This document shows positions 1 to 10,621 of a stretch of DNA of 64,000 bases, piece by piece. Source of the stretch: Candidatus Latescibacterota bacterium (GTDB taxonomy: Bacteria > Latescibacterota > UBA2968); the NCBI GenBank assembly GCA_965205975.1, contig OZ242195.1, positions 704,001-768,000 of the forward strand, in the 5' to 3' direction. The notes under the pieces are model-generated. The model worked only from the letters and a program-made list of their open reading frames with translations, searched no databases and was not told where the DNA came from. The first letter of the stretch is position 1. Every line of letters begins with the position of its first letter. The position numbers and the translations under genes are program-made.

Positions 1-950
1 AACGGTTGCTTGTAGTCGGGTATGATTTCGACTTCTTCGTGTCGGTAGCCGTTGTCACCCACTACGATGACATAGGTATTATCCTCGATTCCCAGTTCTC
101 TGAGCTTGTCGAGTACTGCGCCGATCCGACCATCCAGGTCCTCACCCATCCCCAACCAGATTGCGGGATCATCTCCCCGGTTGACTGTGTCGGGATGTTT
201 GTTGTTTTTCTTGTACCACTCCTGCACCAGTGGGTGATTCACATACTTTTCACGCGTTTTATCCAGGCATTCATAACCCGCGTGCATGGCATAATGAGAT
301 ATCTGAAGGTAAAAGGGATTGCTTTTTTCTACCTGTTCTTCCATGAAGCCAATTGCCTTTTCGGTAATGCTGAACATCAACTTGGGATCGGCCATATCTT
401 TGGGCAGGCGCCTGGGCGTCCGCTCGCCTCTCTCCAGGTCGTACTTCAGGGTATTGCCGGGATTATTATCGGTAGCACCATCGTGTAATACGTAGCCCGC
501 CTTTGCAGGATCGCCTCTCATGTGCCATTTGCCAATGTGGGCGCTGACATAACCCAGTGGTTTGAGAGCTTTGGGAATGGTGGCTGCGTCTTCGTCGAGT
601 TCTCGGTCGGACACGTTCGGAACCAGCGGAAAATGCCGATATTCCCTTTTCGTGTCGTAGTAAGGCTCTCTTGCCCCCAAATATACCGTGAAACCACTGT
701 GTGGCGCAGACTGCCCCGTCTGTACGCACACACGAGCAGGCGCACATTGGGGCGCTCCATAGGCATTGCGAAACTTCATTCCATCATTTGCCAGTTTTTG
801 GATGTTCGGCATTTGCAAGACCGGCATGAGGGAATTCTCCATGGTGTCATCCATGGCAACCGGTGATCCGTTCCATGCCCAGTCATCTATATAAAACATG
901 ACAATGTTGGGCCTCGCTTGTTGCTCCTTAAAACAATTTTTCTTTGGCAT
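1..950 (-). CDS. Sulfatase (S1 family), 3' end runs off the window
   Basis: Not in ORF track; read manually from ATG at 950: [26 protein letters not shown]...[36 protein letters not shown] (PNIV..DD and CxPxR motifs). Confidence 0.9.
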   Translation of the reverse strand, partial: MPKKNCFKEQQARPNIVMFYIDDWAWNGSPVAMDDTMENSLMPVLQMPNIQKLANDGMKFRNAYGAPQCAPARVCVQTGQSAPHSGFTVYLGAREPYYDTKREYRHFPLVPNVSDRELDEDAATIPKALKPLGYVSAHIGKWHMRGDPAKAGYVLHDGATDNNPGNTLKYDLERGERTPRRLPKDMADPKLMFSITEKAIGFMEEQVEKSNPFYLQISHYAMHAGYECLDKTREKYVNHPLVQEWYKKNNKHPDTVNRGDDPAIWLGMGEDLDGRIGAVLDKLRELGIEDNTYVIVVGDNGYRHEEVEIIPDYKQP

Positions 951-962
951 TATCACAATCCT

Positions 963-2249
963 TCAATTCTCAAAATAGACATCATTCAATTCATCGACAT
1001 TATCCCGCAATTTTTGGAACGCTTCGAGAATGAGGTCCATGTTTTCGCGCGGTCCGAGAAGAATGCGGTGCGTGAGATCAAGGGCTTCGGTTTCGTGAAT
1101 GCGCTCGGCTTCGGGACAATAGACTTTGGTGTAGTCGATGGGATCCGCCTGGTACAACGGGCAGCGGATTGGACAGCCTGTTTCGCCCCATTTGCCGCTG
1201 GCAAACATGCTAAATTGATAGAGGGGCTTTGTCGGGCCAATGCCACAGGGTACGCCTTCGGCCTGGAGCGCTTTGCGGAATCGTTCGCGGTGGATGCCTT
1301 CAAATTCTTCGGAGATGAATTTGAAGTGCCAGCGATAGGGATTCCAGCGGGTGACGCGCTCGTCAATGTCGAGGCCAGTGAGTCCGGGAATAGATTCCAT
1401 TCCTTTGTGGAGGTACTTGAGATTTTTCCACCTGATTTCTGCCTGTTCTTCGAGGCGGGTGAGCGCGATCAGGCCGATGGCCGCTTCAAATTCGCCCAGT
1501 CTCAAGGTTGTGGCAGGCCAGGTGAAGTTCATACTTTCTTCGCCTCTGTCTCGGCCTGCGTGATGATACCGAAAGGCTTTTTCGTACAGGCTTTCGTCTC
1601 TGGTCATCACCACGCCGCCTTCGCCTATGGCGAGCACTTTGCCGGGCATGCAGGAGAAACCAGAAATATCGGCTTGAGATCCCACGCCTTTGCCTCTCCA
1701 TTGTCCGCCGTGCGCATGAGAACAGTCGCTGACCAGGCCGATGTTGTGTTTGCGGCAGATGTCACTTAGAGCATCCGTGTCGCAGGGCATGCCGCCCATA
1801 TCTACGGCGACCACTGCCCGGGTGCGCGGCGTGATGAGGGCTTCTACGCTTTTGGGATCGATGGTGTAGTTGCGCGGATCGATGTCGGCAAAGATGGGAA
1901 TGCCATTGCAAATCATGACGCAGGAAGCAGACGCGATGTAAGTTGACGCAGGGACAATGACTTCACAGCCAGCTTCGACGCCGAGGGCGCGCAAGCAGAC
2001 TTCGAGTGCTGTGGTGCCTGTGGAGACGGCAAGGGCGTATTTGCTGTCGTGAAATTCTGCAAAGGCCTTTTCAAATGCGTAGAGTTTGCTGTCGCCATGG
2101 TTGTAATAGTCAAAGCCACTGCGCCCCCATTTGTGACTGCGAAGGACGCCGACAACGGCTTTTTCTTCGCGTTCATCGTGAACCGGCCAGGGTTGGCGCA
2201 GGTCTCTATTAACCGTTTTTGAACCACCGTTGATTGCGAGTTCAGGCAT
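963..2249 (-). CDS. DegT/DnrJ/EryC1/StrS PLP-dependent aminotransferase (BtrR/RifK-like)
   Basis: Likely start MPELAINGG at 2249, overlapping upstream stop; STGTTALE, DCSHAHG, FSCMPGKVLAIGEGG (PLP lysine). Confidence 0.9.
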   Translation of the reverse strand: MPELAINGGSKTVNRDLRQPWPVHDEREEKAVVGVLRSHKWGRSGFDYYNHGDSKLYAFEKAFAEFHDSKYALAVSTGTTALEVCLRALGVEAGCEVIVPASTYIASASCVMICNGIPIFADIDPRNYTIDPKSVEALITPRTRAVVAVDMGGMPCDTDALSDICRKHNIGLVSDCSHAHGGQWRGKGVGSQADISGFSCMPGKVLAIGEGGVVMTRDESLYEKAFRYHHAGRDRGEESMNFTWPATTLRLGEFEAAIGLIALTRLEEQAEIRWKNLKYLHKGMESIPGLTGLDIDERVTRWNPYRWHFKFISEEFEGIHRERFRKALQAEGVPCGIGPTKPLYQFSMFASGKWGETGCPIRCPLYQADPIDYTKVYCPEAERIHETEALDLTHRILLGPRENMDLILEAFQKLRDNVDELNDVYFEN

Positions 2250-3486
2250 TGGAGCGTTCCTTGTGGGATGAATTATCGTGCAGTTTTGTGAGTAAGGTTT
2301 GCGTTTCGTCAATCCAGCGTTCACCTGTGCCGGGAACAACGCAGGCGCGGTTGTATTCGAGTGGGTCGCTTGGGTAAGGGATAACGCCGTAGCCTCCGAA
2401 GTTATACGCGCGGCGGTTTGGCACATAGCCACATGATCCCTGGGAATAGCCCATGACAATCGTGCGCGCAAAGGGGGATGACGATTGGGTGGATAGAGAT
2501 AGCTCGATGAAGGGTTCACCCTGCCAGAAGACGAGTGATAGGTCGTCGCTTATGCGGATGGCGGGGATTTCGATTCGGATGTTTTTTTCGTTTGTGTATC
2601 GGTTGGGAAGTGTGTCTTGCCAACGCTCTACTTTAAGTGAAAGATTTGTTTCTGGCGTTGCTTGTGTCCAGGCCACGATGGCTTCTCTGGCGAGCGCTTT
2701 GCCCATTTCTGCGACCGTATCATAATTGTCTCTGGGTTCCTGCATCGGAAGTATGTTGCCACATGCCCCTTGTAAAAATATTGAGAAAGGTACAGATGTG
2801 CCCGCTTCAAAGTGGTGACAGGTAGCGCCGGGATATTCGGCGGTGAAGAGACGATTGGCGGTCATCATGATGACGGGATGAGCGGCAAAGTGGATTGCGG
2901 TCGCGATGGGTTGGCCTTGGGGTGTGTCGAATCGCAGGACGGTGACTGCGGGATCAACAGGGCCGTTGGGTAGTTTTTCGGGATTGAGGTTAAACGATTT
3001 AAAGCTGCCGTCGGGCAATATCTGGCGTCTGTTGTAGGCGAGGTCGGTGTTGACAGCGCCCGTTGAGAGTGTGGCGGGATTGAGATTGGCTATAGATTCG
3101 ACAGCAGCATCGACAACCTGCTTTCTTATGTGAACAATCGCATCATCTTCGGGGCTTCCGCCAAAGTAATAGATGCATTCTGGGCCACTGTGATTGTGGG
3201 TGCTACACAGGATCAGGTTTTCGGGCGGAAGATCGGATTGTGCGGCAAAAGCATTGCGCATGGCATCGACGTCGATCCACTGAAAGCTCAGGAGATCTGC
3301 CGAGCAAATGACGATGGTGGTCGTATCGTCAGATAGTGCCAGTGCTTTGACGTATAATGGGTCATGGATGCCTTCTGCAATGCGGGGTTGCATGGGCGAG
3401 CGGTTTACGGGAAAAGCACCCATGGCCGATCCCGTAGATGGTGTGATGTCCCGTTGTGCTGTACCGATCTTTATTATTTCTGCCAA
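2242..3486 (-). CDS. Neutral/alkaline ceramidase-like metal-dependent amidohydrolase
   Basis: DITP, HDPLYVKAL, STHNHSGP, FAAHP, QGACGN, GEPF, GYVP motifs; TTG start. Confidence 0.8.
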   Translation of the reverse strand: MAEIIKIGTAQRDITPSTGSAMGAFPVNRSPMQPRIAEGIHDPLYVKALALSDDTTTIVICSADLLSFQWIDVDAMRNAFAAQSDLPPENLILCSTHNHSGPECIYYFGGSPEDDAIVHIRKQVVDAAVESIANLNPATLSTGAVNTDLAYNRRQILPDGSFKSFNLNPEKLPNGPVDPAVTVLRFDTPQGQPIATAIHFAAHPVIMMTANRLFTAEYPGATCHHFEAGTSVPFSIFLQGACGNILPMQEPRDNYDTVAEMGKALAREAIVAWTQATPETNLSLKVERWQDTLPNRYTNEKNIRIEIPAIRISDDLSLVFWQGEPFIELSLSTQSSSPFARTIVMGYSQGSCGYVPNRRAYNFGGYGVIPYPSDPLEYNRACVVPGTGERWIDETQTLLTKLHDNSSHKERSNA

Positions 3487-3567
3487 GGCTCAGATGTCCT
3501 GTTTTGAATGTTCAGGAAACCCACACTGTTTTGTATTCGAACCATCTTTCTCCTGTTAAAACGCTAC

Positions 3568-4977
3568 TTAAAGCGTCAGCGCATTCCACGGTTGTGTCGG
3601 GTAATCCACCCACTGTTTTGATCCGCGCTCAAACGCCCACCGATACTCAGCCATTGCGCCTGCTTGTAGTTCTGAAATTCGCGGTGAATGTGCCGGATCA
3701 TTTGCCAAATTCACAAACTCATACGGGTCTTCAGCAATGTGATAAAGCTCTGGTCCATAAGGTCCATGAATATATTTCCACTCCTGCGTGCGAATGCTCA
3801 GGTTCAAATCTCGCGGATACTGTAACTCCGTAATCGCCACCTCGCGTTCACGTTCACGACCATCAACCAGCGATTTCAAACTCATGCCGGGTAAATGCAC
3901 GGGAATATCCATCCCTGCGAAATCGAATGCTGTAGGTAGTACATCCAACAGGTTCACAAGTGAATCGTTCACCAAACCCGTTTGAAATCCCTTTGGCGGT
4001 TTCACAATGAATGGAATGCGAATGGCCTGTTCGTAGAGATTGTATTTCGAAAATGCGGTTACCCCTCGCGATCCCAACAGTTCACCGTGGTCAGAAAGAA
4101 AAATGATCAGCGTGTCATCGTACAAGCCATTGCGATCCAAAGCGTTTATCACTTGCTGATGACTCCGGTCACAGGCCGTGACAAAAGCCATGTAATTTGC
4201 AATCGCATCTCGTAGTTCTTCTCGCTCTAATCCGACAAAATTGGGATAAGCATCTCTATCGGGTAAATTATCCGGTGGTTCTGGTGGCAACGCAACGTCG
4301 GCAGGGTCATATAAATCTGCCAAATTAGCTGGCGTTACATGAGGTGCATGAGGGCCTGACAAACTGCAAATCATGAAAAACGGATTGTCCTTGTTTTCTT
4401 CCACAAAGGCAGCGGCCTGTCCGCCGACCCACCAGTCGCGCGTTTGCTCTAATCTCAAGCTGGTCGTAAATCCCTTAAATGCCGCCGCACAATTGTCTCC
4501 GCCCTGACTAATCCCACGCGCTTCTCGCTCGCCCGTCCCCGTCTCCACCCAATCCCGATGTTCCGCCACAAAATGGCTGTCCATGCGCTCGCCCGTCTCG
4601 TGAAACGGCCCTGCCCGATGATCAAATCCGTAATAGTTGTCGCGTTCAATAGCCGCCTGATACGGTATTGTATGCATCTTGCCAAAGGCACCCGTTACAA
4701 AACCCGCCTGTCCAAACGCCTTTCCCATTGTCCACTCGGGGATTTGTGCGGGATTCAGTAAATGCCGATTGGAATAAATTCCTGACTGAAATGCATATCG
4801 CCCGTGCAACATCGAATGCCTACTCGGCAAACACGGCGATACAGCACACGTTGCCTGCGTAAACCGAATGCCCTCTTGAGCCAAACGATCATACGCTGGT
4901 GTCTGCAACCCCGGATAATCCGCACACCCGAGGAAGGAATGCGCGTGCTGATCGTTCATTAAAATCACAACATTCAT
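3568..4977 (-). CDS. Sulfatase (choline-sulfatase-like)
   Basis: NDQH, CLPSR, GKMH, PHAPH, SDHGE motifs. Confidence 0.93.
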   Translation of the reverse strand: MNVVILMNDQHAHSFLGCADYPGLQTPAYDRLAQEGIRFTQATCAVSPCLPSRHSMLHGRYAFQSGIYSNRHLLNPAQIPEWTMGKAFGQAGFVTGAFGKMHTIPYQAAIERDNYYGFDHRAGPFHETGERMDSHFVAEHRDWVETGTGEREARGISQGGDNCAAAFKGFTTSLRLEQTRDWWVGGQAAAFVEENKDNPFFMICSLSGPHAPHVTPANLADLYDPADVALPPEPPDNLPDRDAYPNFVGLEREELRDAIANYMAFVTACDRSHQQVINALDRNGLYDDTLIIFLSDHGELLGSRGVTAFSKYNLYEQAIRIPFIVKPPKGFQTGLVNDSLVNLLDVLPTAFDFAGMDIPVHLPGMSLKSLVDGREREREVAITELQYPRDLNLSIRTQEWKYIHGPYGPELYHIAEDPYEFVNLANDPAHSPRISELQAGAMAEYRWAFERGSKQWVDYPTQPWNALTL

Positions 4978-5041
4978 AACTATTCTCCATTGAGCGATCA
5001 GTCATTTGAATGAATAACCACAAGATGCACGAGCGGGGTAC

Positions 5042-5065
5042 AACTGGCCGTTTCTCAGGCCAGTT
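5042..5065. terminator. Intergenic hairpin
   Basis: AACTGGCC-GTTTCTCA-GGCCAGTT perfect 8-bp stem between co-oriented genes; no clear U-tract. Confidence 0.35.
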
Positions 5066-5085
5066 CAAAATCACAAAAGGGTGCT

Positions 5086-5139
5086 GTTGGAGCGGCATCC
5101 TTGCCGCGATCAAGGTCGGGAAAAGGATTTCCCTCCTAC
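5086..5139. repeat. GTAG-type REP doublet (REPIN-like)
   Basis: GTTGGA-GCGGCA-TCCT-TGCCGC-GAT (5086-5110) and, inverted, GTAGGA-GGGAAA-TCCT-TTTCCC-GAC (5139-5115). Confidence 0.65.
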
Positions 5140-5165
5140 GCGACCACAAGAACCTAAATAGTTAC

Positions 5166-6635
5166 TCAGTAAATATATCGCACCCGCCTGAACTCACCGA
5201 GCATCGGGTCCTTTACGCGTTCCATGTGATCTTGCATACATTGCATCAGCGATTCCTGCAATGCCTTGTGTGTCTCGATACCGAAGAGGTTGTGCAGTTC
5301 GTGCGGATCGTTTTTGAGATCATAGAGTTCTCCAATATCCGATTGATTAAACACAAACTTGTGCGTCCTGGTGCGCACCATACGAGACTTGTGCTCCTGA
5401 ATCTGACCGTTGAACTGACAGTACACGCTTTCACGCCCTGTCGGTTCATCCTCTCCCTTCAATAGTGGAAGAATGCTCTGTGTATCGGGTACAATATCGG
5501 GTTGCAGACCTGCTACTTCCAGAAAACTCGGAAATAGATCTTGCAGATAGACAAATTCGTCGTTCTCTCTGCCCGGCTGTCGGCATTCGGGATGCGCTGC
5601 GATCAGAGGCAGGCGAAAACTCTCTTCATCGAAAAAAGGCCCTTTTTCAAACAGCTTGTGTGCCCCCATATTGTCTCCGTGGTCGGTGGAAAATACAACA
5701 AGTGTGTTTTCCGCCAGGCCGAGCGTTTCCAACTCGGAAAGCATACGCCCCACCAGATCATCGATCATGGTCATATACCCCCAGTAGCGCGCCGTAATCT
5801 CCGCCCATTCGTCCCAGTTGTTGGGATCAATCCCCCAATAACGAGACACCAGAGTCTGAACATAGGGACGATTCTCCAGTGTGTCGCAGAAACTCGGGTC
5901 CTCTGGAATTGACTTCGGGTCGTACATTGAGTAATACGGTTCCGGCACAATACACGGACTGTGTGGGCCCCAGAAGTTGGTCCAGATAAAAAAGGGATCT
6001 TCTTCCTGTGCATACGCCCGCATAAGCTCAATCGTTTCCGAGGCAACCATGGCTTCGAAATTGTGCTCAATAGTTCCAGCATGGAGACCGTGCAATTCCC
6101 GATTTCGCTGCCCTGGATTTCCCTGAGCATAGAACGCTTCTATAAGCTCTGGCGGTTCCAGGTTCTTCTCGTTCAAATAGTTCAGGTAATTCCTCGCAAT
6201 CTGGGAATCCTTCCGCGCACCGCTCTTGATACCTGGCATATTGATATTGGATGCGGGATAGCCATATCCGGGGAAATCTCGTTTACAGCGAAATTCCCAA
6301 TCACTCGGATTCTTCTGGTGATCTACATGCCATTTTCCCGCATATCCCAGGTTGTATCCTGACCGGGGTAGCTCTGTCGCGAAATTGGGAAGCGACTGAT
6401 CCAACTGGCCACCGTTGGTTTCAACCCCGGTAATGTGACCGTACCGACCTGTAAATAGCGCGGCCCGACCGGGCGCACATGGGATGATAAGCGGAAAGGC
6501 ATTGTTGAAGCGCACACCCCGGCTTGCCAGGTTGTCAATATGTGGTGTTCTGCACTGGGAGGCACCATAACAACCCAGCAGATCCCAGCGCTGTTGATCT
6601 GTTAGAATGAGCAGTATATTCGGTTTTTCTTGCAT
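5166..6635 (-). CDS. Sulfatase
   Basis: Start MQEKPNILLILTDQQR; CAPGR, GKWH, PHSP, TDHGD motifs. Confidence 0.93.
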   Translation of the reverse strand: MQEKPNILLILTDQQRWDLLGCYGASQCRTPHIDNLASRGVRFNNAFPLIIPCAPGRAALFTGRYGHITGVETNGGQLDQSLPNFATELPRSGYNLGYAGKWHVDHQKNPSDWEFRCKRDFPGYGYPASNINMPGIKSGARKDSQIARNYLNYLNEKNLEPPELIEAFYAQGNPGQRNRELHGLHAGTIEHNFEAMVASETIELMRAYAQEEDPFFIWTNFWGPHSPCIVPEPYYSMYDPKSIPEDPSFCDTLENRPYVQTLVSRYWGIDPNNWDEWAEITARYWGYMTMIDDLVGRMLSELETLGLAENTLVVFSTDHGDNMGAHKLFEKGPFFDEESFRLPLIAAHPECRQPGRENDEFVYLQDLFPSFLEVAGLQPDIVPDTQSILPLLKGEDEPTGRESVYCQFNGQIQEHKSRMVRTRTHKFVFNQSDIGELYDLKNDPHELHNLFGIETHKALQESLMQCMQDHMERVKDPMLGEFRRVRYIY

Positions 6636-6657
6636 ACTTGTGTCCTCACAATTTTCC

Positions 6658-7521
6658 TTAACTCGCCATCGCCAGTATCTGATCTTCATCAATCAGGAAT
6701 TCTTTCGGTAAATCGAGGGGGTGGCCGTTTTCACATACGGGCAAATAATCCAGATATTTATTTCCAGGTCGGATTGCTCGCATCCAGGGCACATCGCGTT
6801 TGGCAATAAATGTCCCTGCCAGACCGATGCGTTGTTTGTCTGAACGGTTTGGTCCGCTATAATGCAACGCATTTTGATGCCACACCAGAATATCTCCGGG
6901 TTCCATCTCACAGGCCACCGCATCCTGTTCCGGGTTATAGCCGTGATCGCGTGGATCCACTTCCGTGAGCTTATTGCCCTGCCGCTGGTGTGCAATGCGT
7001 CCCAGCTTCTGTGAAAAAGGAATCAACTGTAAGCATCCATTCTCTTTTGTTGCCCGATCAATGGCAATCCAAAAATCAAACATCACAGGCTCGTTGGGGT
7101 CATAGGGGGCAGGTGGCATGTTCCAGGCTGCAGAATCCTGGTGCCAGGGGGTAATAGAACCGTGTCTGGGTGGTTTTAAAAAGAAACCACCGGCGTTTAC
7201 ACAAAAGTCATCCTGTAAAACAGAGCGCACCAGTCCGACGGTTCGCGGATTTGAAATCATCTTTTTCCAGAGCGTCTCATTGTGATACGCCGGACTATTC
7301 AATCGATAAAATCGGTGCAATGGATTCCCGGCATTCGGCTGGTCCTCCTTTACATGCCCGATCCCCAATCGCTCGTATATGTCGGCGTGTTCGGCAATAA
7401 ACTGAACGCGCTCTTTGATTATGGGGATATCGTCACGGTTCAACAATCCCTGAAAGATGAAATATCCCTTGTCCAGCAATTCCCGGTTCCAATTCTTGTC
7501 GTGTATCTCGTCTCTTTTCAT
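6658..7521 (-). CDS. PhyH-family Fe(II)/2-oxoglutarate dioxygenase
   Basis: TPWHQD, ENGCL, LHYSGPN...R motifs. Confidence 0.9.
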   Translation of the reverse strand: MKRDEIHDKNWNRELLDKGYFIFQGLLNRDDIPIIKERVQFIAEHADIYERLGIGHVKEDQPNAGNPLHRFYRLNSPAYHNETLWKKMISNPRTVGLVRSVLQDDFCVNAGGFFLKPPRHGSITPWHQDSAAWNMPPAPYDPNEPVMFDFWIAIDRATKENGCLQLIPFSQKLGRIAHQRQGNKLTEVDPRDHGYNPEQDAVACEMEPGDILVWHQNALHYSGPNRSDKQRIGLAGTFIAKRDVPWMRAIRPGNKYLDYLPVCENGHPLDLPKEFLIDEDQILAMAS

Positions 7522-7545
7522 AACAGGTTTCCTTATGCTAATGGC

Positions 7546-7810
7546 CTAATCCGCCAGACCATCCTGATTTTCATCGTCTATGCCGGCATAGGGACTTTCG
7601 ACGATTGCCTCCCAGGCCACCCGACGCATAATCCTGTCAACCCGTTCGGGGATCCCCTCCGGCACGTAATCGGCGATGGTTTCCGGGCTTCTCCGGTAAA
7701 GCATTCCGAAGTACATATATCCCGCCAGTTGCTCAATCCCGCTTGTTCTGGATAGGTGACCGCCGTCTCGATAGATCCCGCGTTTGCTGGCGCGTCCCCG
7801 ATTTTCATCG
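7546..7810 (-). pseudogene. Probable C-terminal gene remnant, SGNH-hydrolase-like
   Basis: GIYRDGGHLSRTSGIEQLAGYMYFGMLYRRSP has a DxxH motif followed by a helix; no convincing N-terminal part. Confidence 0.4.
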
Positions 7811-8002
7811 ATGGGGTGTGTCTTCGTTCCATTTGCCGAATTCCTTGAGCCATATTGCAGGTGGGAAATACACTTGACAATATAGCTTCCGATACCGGTT
7901 ATTTCCAGCGATATTTCTCTATGCCCTGACATCAGAAAAAGAATGAAACCCTGCGTCGAGAAGTTGAATTACCCGACCCAAATTCCTCTTGCCTGAGAAT
8001 AA

Positions 8003-10228
<2,226 letters not shown>

Positions 10229-10245
10229 TAGAAGGAGAGTGCCAT

Positions 10246-10545
10246 ATGTATTTCGTAGTCTTCGCGACTCACAAAGAAGAAATGGGGCAGGAACGGCTCC
10301 AATTACAGGATGCATTTGCGGCCTACCTTCACGATCTCACCCAACATCCCGATGTGACCGTTCATCATGGTGGGCAGACGCTCAGCGAGAGTGAACAGAT
10401 CGTTACCGGCTTCGTCCTCGTGATCGAAGCTCCCTCGCTCGAGGTAGCGCAGGCATTTGTCGCCGGCAGTCCCTATGCTCAGGCGGGCACCTTCGCCGAG
10501 TCTCACATCCGCCCATGGAACTGGTTGACTGGACGCCCTGGCTGA
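10246..10545 (+). CDS. YciI-family protein (divergent)
   Basis: AAGGAG RBS; 99 aa with YciI layout (MYFVVFAT...GGQTL...GFVLVIEAPSLEVAQAFVAGSPYAQAG...IRPW). Confidence 0.8.
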   Translation: MYFVVFATHKEEMGQERLQLQDAFAAYLHDLTQHPDVTVHHGGQTLSESEQIVTGFVLVIEAPSLEVAQAFVAGSPYAQAGTFAESHIRPWNWLTGRPG

Positions 10546-10621
10546 GCGCGTTGCCGCACCGCCCAAATATCTCCGGGCGTGAGGATCACAAGGTGTGCGT
10601 AGGCTGGCCAAGGAGGTATCC

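Noticed and set aside
918..1769. 283-aa plus-strand ORF, and similar long antisense ORFs (e.g. 48685-49404, 54449-55213, 59912-60589)
   Set aside because: Shadow frames of well-supported genes; no motifs or RBS
963..2249. Aminoglycoside or ansamycin biosynthetic cluster suggested by BtrR/RifK-like and KanJ-like genes
   Set aside because: No cyclitol synthase, glycosyltransferase or PKS nearby; the genes are far apart in a catabolic context
2250..2519. N-terminal extensions given by the ORF track (also for 5166, 20168, 39813, 43503, 57624 and 61624 ORFs)
   Set aside because: They overlap neighbouring genes or precede a better RBS/start; shorter starts were used
3474..3560. RBS plus short ORF MVRIQNSVGFLNIQNRTSEPWQK on the minus strand
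   Set aside because: Could be another scar, but has no recognisable motif
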